58,954 bases of DNA from the NCBI GenBank assembly GCA_016875025.1, contig VGSH01000002.1, forward strand, positions 1 through 58,954, read 5' to 3'. A model generated the notes under the pieces. The model was not told the DNA's origin and searched no databases. It saw only the letters and a program-made list of their open reading frames with translations. Position 1 is the first letter of the stretch. Every line of letters begins with the position of its first letter. A program made the translations under genes and the position numbers. The DNA comes from Deltaproteobacteria bacterium. GTDB lineage: Bacteria > Desulfobacterota > WTBG01 > CAIYCZ01 > CAIRTM01. Shown in pieces: positions 18,009 through 26,914 of the stretch.

Positions 18009-18932
18009 GTGCTGTTTATCCTGCTGGCGGTTGTGGCGCTCAATTATTTTATTGCCGAAAAGCTCGCCCTGCTGAATTTGTTCTATCTGCCCTGCCTTGT
18101 CGCGGCTTTTGTGCTCGGCAAGCGCAAGGCGCTGCTTGTCAGTATGTTCAGCGTTGCGGCCGTGCTGTTTTACGTTGTCATGTATTATGATAATTTCACC
18201 TCGGCGCAGTCGACCCTGTCGTTGTATGTTAATATCATTTCATGGGCCAGTTTTCTTATTCTGGCATCCATTGTCGTGGGCCATTTGCATGAACAGAATG
18301 AAAACAATATCATACAGCTGAAAAGAGCCTATACGGGCATCCTTGAAATACTGTCAAAGTACATTGAGTCGGCCGACAAGTACACGCAGGGCCATTCCGT
18401 GCGTGTGTCGCATTATGCGACCGAAATCGCCACGGCCATGAAGCTGCCTGAGCGGGATATCGAGAACATAAAGGTGGCGGCGCTGCTGCACGATATCGGC
18501 AAGGTCGACATCAGCACTGATCTGATCGGCAAGGCCGCATCCCTGAGCACTGATGAGAAAACCATGATGGATACGCATACTGAGCGCGGGGCACAGATTC
18601 TGTCGTCGGTTGGGGGCGTGTTAAGCGATGCCATACCGCTGGTGCGGGCGCATCATCAATATTTCGATCATGAAGGGCAGCAGGGCTCGGCGAGTGACGA
18701 GGTACCGCTCGGGGCGCGCATTCTGGCGGTTGCCGACTCTTACGATGCCATGACCACCGACCGGCCGTACCGCTCCGGTATGCCGCCCTGGAAGGCCATG
18801 GAGGAACTGGAACGCTGCACGGGCACGCAGTTCGATCCCGACGTTGTGCACAGTTTCAAGTCCATACTCTTCCAGAATGCCGGCACGCACCGGATGCTGT
18901 CGGGACAGGAAGCCGCTGTCGAGCAGGCTTGA
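18009..18932 (+). CDS. Membrane-anchored HD-domain phosphohydrolase (HD-GYP-related, GYP motif not conserved)
   Basis: Three to four N-terminal TM helices. HSVRVSHYA, AALLHDIGK, HHQYFDHEGQ (no GYP), VADSYDAMTTDRPYR. GTG start has no SD. An in-frame ATG with a strong SD lies at 17961 but is followed by TAG at 18000-18002. Confidence 0.8.
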   Translation: MLFILLAVVALNYFIAEKLALLNLFYLPCLVAAFVLGKRKALLVSMFSVAAVLFYVVMYYDNFTSAQSTLSLYVNIISWASFLILASIVVGHLHEQNENNIIQLKRAYTGILEILSKYIESADKYTQGHSVRVSHYATEIATAMKLPERDIENIKVAALLHDIGKVDISTDLIGKAASLSTDEKTMMDTHTERGAQILSSVGGVLSDAIPLVRAHHQYFDHEGQQGSASDEVPLGARILAVADSYDAMTTDRPYRSGMPPWKAMEELERCTGTQFDPDVVHSFKSILFQNAGTHRMLSGQEAAVEQA

Positions 18933-18968
18933 GAACGGGCCGGGTCAGGGCCTGTTGTATGAGTCAAG

Positions 18969-20399
18969 GTGCGATTTGTGGATATCTCTGTCTGGATACC
19001 CTGGTTCATTACAGCCTTGTCGGTCGGCGTTGCGTGTGTGAGCGCCGGGCATGCCCTGATCTATAAGCGCGATCCCCGCTCTGCAACGCTGTGGGTGCTG
19101 GTGATTTCGCTGCTGCCGCTTGGCGGTTCGGTGCTGTATGTGCTGTTCGGTATCAATCGCGTGCACAGGCGTGCGCGCAGGCTGCGCGGTACGGACGGGA
19201 GTGAAATTACGGTTCCTGCCGATGGGGGTGAGGTTTCCTTAACGCCAATTTCATCGCATCAGGGGCTGTCGCATCTGGTCGAGACTGTAAGCGGCCTGCC
19301 CCTGACCGCGGACAACAGCGTGCGTCCCCTGTTCGGCGGCGCGCAGGCCTATCCATGCATGCTCGATGCCATTGCCCGGGCGCGTTACAGTGTTGTGCTG
19401 TCCTCGTACATCTTCGATCGCACCGGCATCGGAAAAGATTTCATCGAGGCTCTTGATGACGCAAATCGGCGCGGCGTGCAGGTGCGCGTGCTCATTGATG
19501 ATGTGCATGTGCGGCTTGTGCGCACGTCGGCCTGCGGCGCATTGAAGCTCCCGGTAGCCTCGTTCAATCCGCCGATTATTCCCGCACGGCTGTATGCAGC
19601 CAATCTGCGCAACCATCGCAAAATTCTCGTTGTGGACGGAAGCGTCGGATTCACGGGCGGCATGAACATTCATCGGCCCTGCTGGTGCCCTGATGCGCCT
19701 CACAAGGAGTGGCGCGATCTGCATTTTTGCGTGGAAGGGCCGGTGGTGGCCCATCTCGCGCAGGTTTTTGCCCGTGACTGGTTCGAGACTGTGAATGAAA
19801 ATATTGAAGAAGATTTCTGGGGCGCTACGGCATCGCCCGTACCGGGTGGCACTGCGCTTGCGCGGGGCATCGAGGCCGGGCCGGATGAAACGACCGATCG
19901 TATCAGGTGGACCTTTATGGGCGCGCTCAGCGCGGCCCGTCAATCGGTGCGTATCTGGACACCGTATTTTGCTCCTGACCAGGCTATTCTGGCTGCCCTG
20001 GGAACAGCAGCCCTGCGCGGTGTCGAGGTTGATGTGCTGATTCCGGCCACGTGCAACCATGCCCTGGTGCAATGGGCCGCCCGGGCACATTACTGGCAGG
20101 TGCTGGAGCACGGCGCGCGCATTTTCGAGCGCCCCGGCCCCTTTGACCACTCCAAGCTGATGATCGTTGATGGGCAGTGGATATGCATGGGATCGGCCAA
20201 CTGGGATGCGCGCAGCCTGCGGCTGAACTTTGAGCTGAATGTTGAGGTCATCGACGCTGCCCTTGCAGCCGGTCTTGAGGCCGAATTTCTGGCCGTGCGC
20301 TCCATCTCCGCACCGGTAACCGCGGAGGACATGCGCGCCCGCCCGCTGCCCCTTAAGCTGCGCGATGGCGCAGCGCGGCTTTTTACCCCCATAGTGTGA
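18969..20399 (+). CDS. cls: Cardiolipin synthase (PLD superfamily)
   Basis: Two N-terminal TM helices. Two HKD motifs: HRKILVVDG and HSKLMIVDG...GSANWD. Confidence 0.9.
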   Translation: MRFVDISVWIPWFITALSVGVACVSAGHALIYKRDPRSATLWVLVISLLPLGGSVLYVLFGINRVHRRARRLRGTDGSEITVPADGGEVSLTPISSHQGLSHLVETVSGLPLTADNSVRPLFGGAQAYPCMLDAIARARYSVVLSSYIFDRTGIGKDFIEALDDANRRGVQVRVLIDDVHVRLVRTSACGALKLPVASFNPPIIPARLYAANLRNHRKILVVDGSVGFTGGMNIHRPCWCPDAPHKEWRDLHFCVEGPVVAHLAQVFARDWFETVNENIEEDFWGATASPVPGGTALARGIEAGPDETTDRIRWTFMGALSAARQSVRIWTPYFAPDQAILAALGTAALRGVEVDVLIPATCNHALVQWAARAHYWQVLEHGARIFERPGPFDHSKLMIVDGQWICMGSANWDARSLRLNFELNVEVIDAALAAGLEAEFLAVRSISAPVTAEDMRARPLPLKLRDGAARLFTPIV

Positions 20400-20409
20400 G
20401 CCGTTAGAG

Positions 20410-20451
20410 TGCATGCGCCGGTTCATTCCGGAGCATGCATGCAAGTTTTTT
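20410..20451 (+). terminator. Probable rho-independent terminator after cls
   Basis: TGCATGCGCCGG / CCGGAGCATGCA stem (1 mismatch), then a T6 run 6 nt downstream. Confidence 0.45.
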
Positions 20452-20538
20452 CCCTCAAGAAACGGCTGCTTATTGCCGAACTGTGCATTGTAAGTTAGCA
20501 AACAGTCTATCAGTAGCGTTCAGAAAGGAAGGTAGCGT

Positions 20539-20643
20539 ATGTCCAAGGCGATGAATACCAAAAAAGAAGCCAAGAAAAAGCCCTCGAAAAGCATAAAAGA
20601 AAAAAGGGCCGAGAAAAAGCAGAAGAAATCGGAAAGGGCCTGA
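20539..20643 (+). CDS. 34-aa lysine-rich small protein (not in the ORF track)
   Basis: MSKAMNTKKEAKKKPSKSIKEKRAEKKQKKSERA, preceded by GAAAGGAAGG about 7 nt upstream. The overlapping minus-strand ORF 20470-20886 has no support. Confidence 0.45.
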   Translation: MSKAMNTKKEAKKKPSKSIKEKRAEKKQKKSERA

Positions 20644-20821
20644 ATGGTCATGTGAACTGTTTCTCAGAGACATTGCAAAGCAAAACCCGTCACCCCGGAT
20701 TGCTGTTCCGCTAGAGGCGGGTTTCGGTTTATTTACGGGCGCCTTCTTCGTTATGCCGCAGTGCAGCGAACAAGCGGGTGAGTGCATGGCCGCACCCGGC
20801 ACGAGCAGGTAGCTTTCGGAC

Positions 20822-21163
20822 ATGGATATGGAGATAACGGCAAACCAGGATAAGCGTATCAAGCCGCGCATAAGCGTCACCCTCAAGGCGGCGGTCAGTT
20901 TTGCAGGGCATGAAGGTGAGGAGCATCAGGCCCTGATATCAAACCTGAGCGTTACGGGCGCGCGCCTGCATTTTGAAAAAGCGGCGCCCCTGCGGGCAGG
21001 CACGGGTATTACCCTGAAAATTTATATGCCGGGCACAATTCTGCATCTTGATGTCGAGGGGGAAATTTTCTGGGTCAGGCGGCAGCGTGAATCGGTTTCA
21101 CTCGGCGTCAGGTTCAACGAAGCTATCAGCGAGTTCATGCTGCAGCGGCTTATAGGAAAATGA
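20822..21163 (+). CDS. PilZ domain protein
   Basis: KRIKPRISV (RxxxR-like) and NLSVTGARL (NxSxxG). C-terminal end resembles the tandem PilZ pair (MLQRLI vs LERLI/MTRLI). Confidence 0.75.
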   Translation: MDMEITANQDKRIKPRISVTLKAAVSFAGHEGEEHQALISNLSVTGARLHFEKAAPLRAGTGITLKIYMPGTILHLDVEGEIFWVRRQRESVSLGVRFNEAISEFMLQRLIGK

Positions 21164-21255
21164 GTACGGGAACTTCCGGTTCAGCTGTTCCGGCACTTTC
21201 TTGCGGCCTGCATGGCGCAAGCCTTTTTTTAGAAATTCTTTTTCAATTGTCCTGT

Positions 21256-21477
21256 TTATGTCCTGTCGTCTCGATCACCTGCAACGACATGAAAAGAAGT
21301 CTTCTCGCCATTCATGTGATGTCCCGGCGCACGTTTTTGGGAGGCGTGGATGGCGATGAGTTTTTCACAGATGTCTCTTAATTCATAGAGCGCATCACGC
21401 CCGGCGCCGTGTATGCCGTTCAGCTTTATTGTGTAGATCAGTTCCAGCATTTGCTCTATCGTACCCTGCTTGTCCAT
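21256..21477 (-). CDS. Hypothetical small protein
   Basis: 73-aa ORF with AGGAG 6-7 nt upstream of the ATG. No motif recognised. Confidence 0.4.
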   Translation of the reverse strand: MDKQGTIEQMLELIYTIKLNGIHGAGRDALYELRDICEKLIAIHASQKRAPGHHMNGEKTSFHVVAGDRDDRT

Positions 21478-21664
21478 GGACTTCTCCTGTGGTGTCGTTC
21501 CGGGGCCGCAGTTGTACCGTTGTGGGCCGGATAGTATGCAATAGTTATAAACTATAAGTGCGCGGCAGGCAAGGGCCGGTCTTCATTGAGAAAAGGCTAT
21601 GCCTTTTCTCAGCTTCGACCTGGTTTTAGAACATTTTCCATTTTAATACAACCGCATATGCAAT

Positions 21665-21792
21665 GTTATCTCGACCCCTTCGGTTCCGTTCAGGGCAGGC
21701 CCCGGGAGAAATTTTGATTGTAAGATTTCTTAGTCGCTTGTTTACCCTCCGTAGCAGGCTACTGCGAAGGACGGGCGCTTCATCGAAATCAT
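21665..21792. repeat. Family-A MITE-like element, degenerate 128-bp copy with 1 hairpin module
   Basis: GTTATCTCGAC (9/11 match to GTCATTTCGAC) ... GGGAGAAATT..AAGATTTCTTAGTCGCTT ... CCCTCCGTAGCAGGCTACTGCGAAGGACGGGCGCTTCATCGAAATCAT. Confidence 0.6.
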
Positions 21793-21884
21793 AATCCGGC
21801 TATGATATTAAGGAAAATTCTCTAGGGGCTACGCTGACCTATTACCACAAACGTTTGCGGGTGAAGGCATGGCCGGAGCATAAA

Positions 21885-22148
21885 TCAAAGCCGTTTTTTT
21901 GCAAAGGCTCTTCCTGAAGACGTTTTAAGGTATTTTTTGGATGAAACAGCTTTGTCGTAATTGGTAAATGCAACTGCAGATTTGAGTTTCCAGGGTTTGA
22001 ACTTGATGGTATGCAGGCATTTGCCGGTATTATGAGCATTTAAACGAATTTTAAGGTTCTCAGTAAAGCCGGTATAATAATGTTCGGGCTGGTTTATAGA
22101 TTCAAGAATGTAGACATAGTGGAACTTTCGCTTTGTGCGCGAATCCAT
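21885..22148 (-). CDS. GIY-YIG nuclease family protein (small, stand-alone)
   Basis: Start set at MDSRTKRKF. FHYVYILES...HYYTGFTENLKIRLNAHN matches GIY-YIG/URI. Clearly lower GC than the surroundings. Confidence 0.8.
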   Translation of the reverse strand: MDSRTKRKFHYVYILESINQPEHYYTGFTENLKIRLNAHNTGKCLHTIKFKPWKLKSAVAFTNYDKAVSSKKYLKTSSGRAFAKKRL

Positions 22149-22324
22149 CCCCCGCTTCTCCGTATTTTTGTGAAGTTCTTGAGCAGTGCGTCCACCCGGC
22201 ACATTCGTTGTGTGCCGGCCTGCCGGGTCTTAGCGTGCAGTTTAAATTTACAGTGTTCGCCCGGCTTCGCCCTGTGGACTTCGCCGCGGCAGTCTTCGCG
22301 TTTTGCTGTGCTGCACGCGAAGAC

Positions 22325-22685
22325 TGGAGGCGGGGGGAGTCGAACCCCCGTCCGGGAATCTTCTACGATGACGTCTACATGCGTATCTCCCGATTTGAAG
22401 TCTCGCTCTCTGAGCCTCCCGGGAGCGGGATGCTGTATGAGGGCCAGCTCAGGTTAGGTTTCGCCGCGCATACCCTGAGCACACGTGCGCGGCTATCCTG
22501 CTTTAGTCGACGTCCTTCAGCTCCCGGCAGGAGCGTTAACTGTCGGACGCTGGCCGGGGTTAAGCGGCCAGAGCGTAGTTATAATCGTCTGCGATTATGT
22601 TTTTTCCTACCTTTTTAGCGAGCCTGTAGGAACCTCGGCATGCAGCCAGCGCTTCAACTACCCCCGTCGAACCCGTTTCGCCCCC
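22325..22685 (-). ncRNA. ssrA: tmRNA (SsrA), tag ADDYNYALAA
   Basis: Minus strand reads 5'-GGGGGCGAAACGGGUUCGACGGGGG... The tag ORF is GCA GAC GAU UAU AAC UAC GCU CUG GCC GCU UAA. The 3' end is ...GGACGGGGGUUCGACUCCCCCCGCCUCCA. The acceptor stem carries a G3:U pair. CCA is not encoded. Confidence 0.92.
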
Positions 22686-22816
22686 TTTCTCTTGCTTTTG
22701 TCATGTGTTCAGTATATGTATGAAACCAGTGCAACATAATTAAACTATAGCACTATATTCCCTACAAATCAAATTGCGCGAACAGATGCGCTCAATTTGG
22801 GCAGGAGGAAATTCTC

Positions 22817-23710
22817 ATGAAGAAAAACAGCCTTATAACCGTGCTTATTGTGATTGCCGCTGTTGTGCTGGCCTGTGCTGCCGGCTACTTTTATGCTCAA
22901 AATAAAGATCTTCGCGAGCAGGCACGTGAGCAGCTGGAGGCTGAGCGTGCGGCATCGCAGGAGCGCGCCTCCGGGCTTGAACAGAAGGTCGAAGAGCTTG
23001 AAACCCGCCTGCGCGAGGATGTTGAAGAACCGCCGCCGGCTGAAGTGTTGCGTGGGGCGATTGAAAGCGAGGAGACATCGCAGCAGTTGCCCGAGGGACC
23101 TGGCGCTGCCTCGGTGCAGATACGGGTGATGAATTTTTTTCGCTATCTTGACTCAAAAGGCTATGCGCAGCGCAGGGGATTTGATGCGGGCTCGCAGGAG
23201 CTGTTTATGACCGCGCTGCAACGGCTCGATACAGCCCGTCCGCTTATCGGCGGCGAGAACCAGGATCTGTTGGCCCTGATGAAAAACATGACATTTTTCT
23301 TCCGTACGCTGGGGAAAGACACCCTGCTGACGGCCCGGGATATCGTCAACGGAGAAAGCGCGATAATGGAGCCGGTCATGGCCCTTTTTTATGAATGGCT
23401 CAATCCCTGGCAGCCGCAGCCGGAAGCCCCGGCGGTGTCGCGCGAGATGATGTATGCCTATACCGGCTTTTTCCTGCAGAGCATGGGGGGCCGGGCGTAC
23501 CTGTTCAGGCGTGAATCGGGCATTCGCATGCTGGCGCTCTATTACAGCATTCTGGTGCTGGATCAGGCCAACCGCGACGGACTTAACTCAGAGGGGATTG
23601 ACATTGTTCCGCCGCTTGAGGCATTGATTGAGGAGATGCGCTACAGCCGGCGCCTGTCGGATCGGCACCGGTATCTGGAGACGCTGCGGGAGATAAGGGG
23701 CCGCTATTAG
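22817..23710 (+). CDS. Hypothetical membrane-anchored protein with coiled-coil segment
   Basis: GGAGG SD. N-terminal TM helix LITVLIVIAAVVLACAAGYF, then a Glu/Arg-rich helix. No recognised domain. Confidence 0.6.
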   Translation: MKKNSLITVLIVIAAVVLACAAGYFYAQNKDLREQAREQLEAERAASQERASGLEQKVEELETRLREDVEEPPPAEVLRGAIESEETSQQLPEGPGAASVQIRVMNFFRYLDSKGYAQRRGFDAGSQELFMTALQRLDTARPLIGGENQDLLALMKNMTFFFRTLGKDTLLTARDIVNGESAIMEPVMALFYEWLNPWQPQPEAPAVSREMMYAYTGFFLQSMGGRAYLFRRESGIRMLALYYSILVLDQANRDGLNSEGIDIVPPLEALIEEMRYSRRLSDRHRYLETLREIRGRY

Positions 23711-23863
23711 AGCATATTCTTCATTGCAAAGAGAAAACCCGTTCGTGGTGAGCGTGTCGAACCATGAACGGGCTTCGTTAAACACCACCAACCGTTCGTC
23801 CCTTCGACAGGCTCAGGGCGAACGGTTGTGTTTTTGTGATTATGGTATTTAGAAAAATGCTCT
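23709..23863. repeat. Composite REP-like element (FDRLRANG-type hairpins)
   Basis: Outer inverted repeat AGAGCATATTC ... GAAAAATGCTCT. Inner hairpins CCCGTTCGTGG..CCATGAACGGG and CCGTTCG..CCCTTCGACAGGCTCAGGGCGAACGG. The second one reads PFDRLRANG in one frame, a widely seen pseudo-ORF repeat. Confidence 0.6.
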
Positions 23864-23941
23864 AAGAGGCGCTTGCGTATCGGTCGAATCCGTCGGATCA
23901 GACCGATAGGCCGGATACATTTCGAAGCTTGAGCGGCCGGA

Positions 23942-23967
23942 GGGCAGGCACAGGGGCCTGCCCCTAT
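23942..23967. repeat. Family-D short GC hairpin repeat (inverted relative to 11417-11442)
   Basis: GGGCAGGCACAGGGGCCTGCCCCTAT. Confidence 0.6.
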
Positions 23968-24021
23968 GGATTTGCACGATCTTGATAGGCGCTCTATCTC
24001 TGGCCGGCCAGCCGGTCGCTC

Positions 24022-24510
24022 CTACAGGCCTTCCAGGTGTTCCTGCGCGATTTCGCGCACGTCATCATCTTCGGCGGTCATGGCCATAATGCTCAGCTTG
24101 CTTTTGAGGCCTTCTTTTTTGTTGAGGGGCTCTTCATCCATAATGCGGACAAGCTTTTCAACTGACTGGCGGACGATCTTGACATCTTTGTAGTCAAGCA
24201 GCAGAAACAGTGTGCTCCAGTCATCAGGCAGGCCGTATTCCTTGACGTATTTTTTGACAGCCGTGTTGAACTTTTTCGTCCCCGCCCGCAGGTGAATTTC
24301 GTTAAGCGCGACGGCATGCTCGGGCGTCGCTTTTTTGCCCTTGAACAAATTCTCGATTTCTTTCAGGTACATTTTCTGGGCCCATTCTTTTTTGGGAGAT
24401 TTGGGCCTCTGCGCATCGGTGTCCCTGCCGGTATGAGAGCTTTTGTCCCTCTGGCGGTCAATGTCGCGCCAGCTCGGTTTTTCGTCGTAGTCATCGTGTT
24501 CGGGTACCAT
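24022..24510 (-). CDS. Hypothetical protein (charged N-terminus, helical C-terminal domain)
   Basis: 162-aa ORF with coding-like composition. No motif recognised. Confidence 0.55.
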   Translation of the reverse strand: MVPEHDDYDEKPSWRDIDRQRDKSSHTGRDTDAQRPKSPKKEWAQKMYLKEIENLFKGKKATPEHAVALNEIHLRAGTKKFNTAVKKYVKEYGLPDDWSTLFLLLDYKDVKIVRQSVEKLVRIMDEEPLNKKEGLKSKLSIMAMTAEDDDVREIAQEHLEGL

Positions 24511-24569
24511 GTGTGTACTCCATAGCTGCAGTGTGTACGGTTAAGTGCGCTTCTGTCTGACCGGACCCG

Positions 24570-25352
24570 TTATGTCCCGCTGAAATCCGGCTTGCGCTTT
24601 TCAAGAAATGCCCGCATGCCTTCACGGCGGTCGGGTGTGTCAAAAAGATCTACAAACGTGTCGATTTCAAGTCTCAGGGCCTCGTCCAGGCCGAGTTCAA
24701 TGCCGCGATTGATGACCTGCTTTGCCCGGCGCAGGGCTGTCTGGCCCTGACGGCACATGCTGGCTGCCATTTCGCGGACCGTGCTCATGAGTTCGCCATC
24801 AGGCACTACACGGTTTACGAGGCCCATGCCGAGCGCTTCGGCGGCCTTGATACGGGTTCCGGTGAATATCAGTTCCTTGGTTCTGGCAGCGCCGACCAGC
24901 CGGGCAGCGCGCTGGGTTGCGCCCCATCCGGGGATAATCCCGAGTATGGTTTCCGGCAGGCCGAACTGTGCGGCCTCGGCTGCAATACGTATATCGCAGG
25001 CAAGGGCGACCTCAAGGCCGCCGCCAAGGCAGAAGCCGTTAATCGCGGCAATGACCGGCTGGGGCAGGTCCTGCAGGGTATTCATGAAGCGATGACCCAG
25101 TTCAGAGTATACCCGGGCCTGTTGGGCGTTTTTTGACTGCATTTCAGCGATGTCGGCCCCGGCGACAAAGGCGCGGCCCGCGCCGGTGAGGATCAGCACG
25201 CGCACTTCCGGATCGCTGCCGACGGTCTTCACGGCGTCAAGGGCATCGGACGCTACCGTGGTGTTAAGGGCGTTGAGCACCTCGGGGCGATTAAAGGTCA
25301 GCAGTGCGATATGTGCGTCGCGTTCAAGGGTAAGGGTCGTGTATGTTTTCAT
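24570..25352 (-). CDS. Enoyl-CoA hydratase (crotonase family)
   Basis: [16 protein letters not shown] and [19 protein letters not shown]. 260 aa. Confidence 0.9.
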   Translation of the reverse strand: MKTYTTLTLERDAHIALLTFNRPEVLNALNTTVASDALDAVKTVGSDPEVRVLILTGAGRAFVAGADIAEMQSKNAQQARVYSELGHRFMNTLQDLPQPVIAAINGFCLGGGLEVALACDIRIAAEAAQFGLPETILGIIPGWGATQRAARLVGAARTKELIFTGTRIKAAEALGMGLVNRVVPDGELMSTVREMAASMCRQGQTALRRAKQVINRGIELGLDEALRLEIDTFVDLFDTPDRREGMRAFLEKRKPDFSGT

Positions 25353-26533
25353 GTATTCTCCCGCTCAACGATAAGCGTTACGGCCTCGGCTCCGCCCAGA
25401 CACAGCGAAGCCATGCCCCGTCGCACGTTGCGCTGCTGCATGGCATACAGCAGGGTTACCAGCACACGCGCGCCGCTGGCGCCGATCGGGTGCCCCAGTG
25501 CCACCGCTCCTCCATTGACATTGAGCCGGTCGTAGCTGATACCCAGCTCGCGGCTGATGGCAACTGTTGAGGTCGCAAACGCCTCGTTGATTTCATGCAG
25601 ATCGATATCAGCCGGCGTGAGACCGGCTTTCTTGAGCACTTTGGGGATTGATTTCATGGGTGTGACCAGCACCTGCTCAAGCTCCCATCCGGCAGCTCCC
25701 TGGGCGCCCACGCGTGCAAGGGGGCGGATGCCCAGCTCGCGGGCCTTTGCGGCATCCATCACCACCAGCGCGGCAGCGCCGTCGCTGATCTTTGATGCGT
25801 TGCCCGCGGTGACCCGGCCGTCTTTTTTGAAAGCCGGCCGCAGGCGTTCAAGCGACTCCATGGTCACGGGGCGCGGTGTTTCATCTGTGTCGAACACAAG
25901 CGGGTCGCCCTTGCGCTGCGGTATGCTGACCGGGACAATTTCATCACGGAACCGGCCCTGTTTGATACTGCCGAGCGCGCGCTCATTTGACATGAACGCA
26001 AATTCATCCATGTCGCGGCGTGAAATGCTGTAGCGGTCGCTGACAAGCTCGGCCGTGTAGCCCATGTGCAGGTCATTGACCACGTCCCAGACGCCGTCGT
26101 GGATCATGGCGTCAATAACCGGGGCATTGCCCATACGGTAGCCGGTGCGCAGCTTTTCAAAATAGTACGGGGCCTGATTCATGTTTTCCATGCCGCCGGC
26201 CACAATGATATCGGCGTCTCCGCAGGAAATGGCCTGCGCGGCAAGCATGACGGCTTTTAGACCTGAACCGCATACTTTATTGATTGTCAGCGCGGCCGAT
26301 TCCATGGGTATGCCGGCTTTGATCGCTGCCTGGCGGGCGGGGTTCTGTCCGAGTCCGGCCGGCAGCACATTGCCCATAATGACTTCATCGACCTGATCGG
26401 CTCTGATGCCCGCGCGCTCGACAGCTGCTTTGATGGCCGTTGCGCCGAGCGTGTCTGCGGCAATATCGCGCAGAGCGCCATTAAAATCACCGATCGGCGT
26501 TCTGACCGCGCTTGCAATAATGACTTCGCGCAT
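25349..26533 (-). CDS. Acetyl-CoA C-acetyltransferase (thiolase II)
   Basis: [11 protein letters not shown] (active-site Cys), [25 protein letters not shown]. Stop overlaps the downstream crotonase start by 4 nt. Confidence 0.92.
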   Translation of the reverse strand: MREVIIASAVRTPIGDFNGALRDIAADTLGATAIKAAVERAGIRADQVDEVIMGNVLPAGLGQNPARQAAIKAGIPMESAALTINKVCGSGLKAVMLAAQAISCGDADIIVAGGMENMNQAPYYFEKLRTGYRMGNAPVIDAMIHDGVWDVVNDLHMGYTAELVSDRYSISRRDMDEFAFMSNERALGSIKQGRFRDEIVPVSIPQRKGDPLVFDTDETPRPVTMESLERLRPAFKKDGRVTAGNASKISDGAAALVVMDAAKARELGIRPLARVGAQGAAGWELEQVLVTPMKSIPKVLKKAGLTPADIDLHEINEAFATSTVAISRELGISYDRLNVNGGAVALGHPIGASGARVLVTLLYAMQQRNVRRGMASLCLGGAEAVTLIVERENT

Positions 26534-26794
26534 TGAGTGACTCCTGTAAAAAAAATTATATCCCCCGCGCAGCGCAGCTCATAAGCCTCACCCGTGCGTA
26601 CCCAGGGAGCGGGTAGCGGTTGAAGGGCGGGTTCAGGGCTGGGTTTTCAAGGGCGGCCGGCAGTGATGCCCGGCGCAGAGGGCTGCATCCTTGGTAATCA
26701 CGCTTATCATAAGCAAATGGAGCTTGTCAAGGGATTTCATGGTGTTAGCAACGGGCTGGGTAGAACCTTTCGCTGGCAGGGTTTGTTTTTTATC

Positions 26795-26885
26795 AAATCG
26801 CTATCACTATCGGGATCGGTATCGTAATCGAAGGTTTTAAAAATCAGAACCCGAGTTCGATCCCGATCCCGATAGCGATAGTTGA
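26795..26885. repeat. Family-B palindromic repeat (most complete copy)
   Basis: Arms ATCGCTATCACTATCGGGATCGGTATCG / CGATCCCGATCCCGATAGCGATAG around the core TCGAAGGTTTTAAAAATCAGAACCCGA. Lies just downstream of the uvrC stop. Confidence 0.75.
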
Positions 26886-26914
26886 ACATGGGTCATTAAA
26901 CACAGGGGCAGCGC

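Noticed and set aside
21480-22325. Genomic island or prophage integrated at ssrA
   Set aside because: There is no integrase, no phage genes and no recognisable duplication of the ssrA 3' end. Only one small low-GC GIY-YIG gene is present, and it is reported as a finding instead.
22080-22739. Three plus-strand ORFs (22080-22457, 22133-22618, 22485-22739)
   Set aside because: They overlie the tmRNA gene on the opposite strand. The RNA assignment (acceptor stem, tag ORF, T-arm) explains the region.
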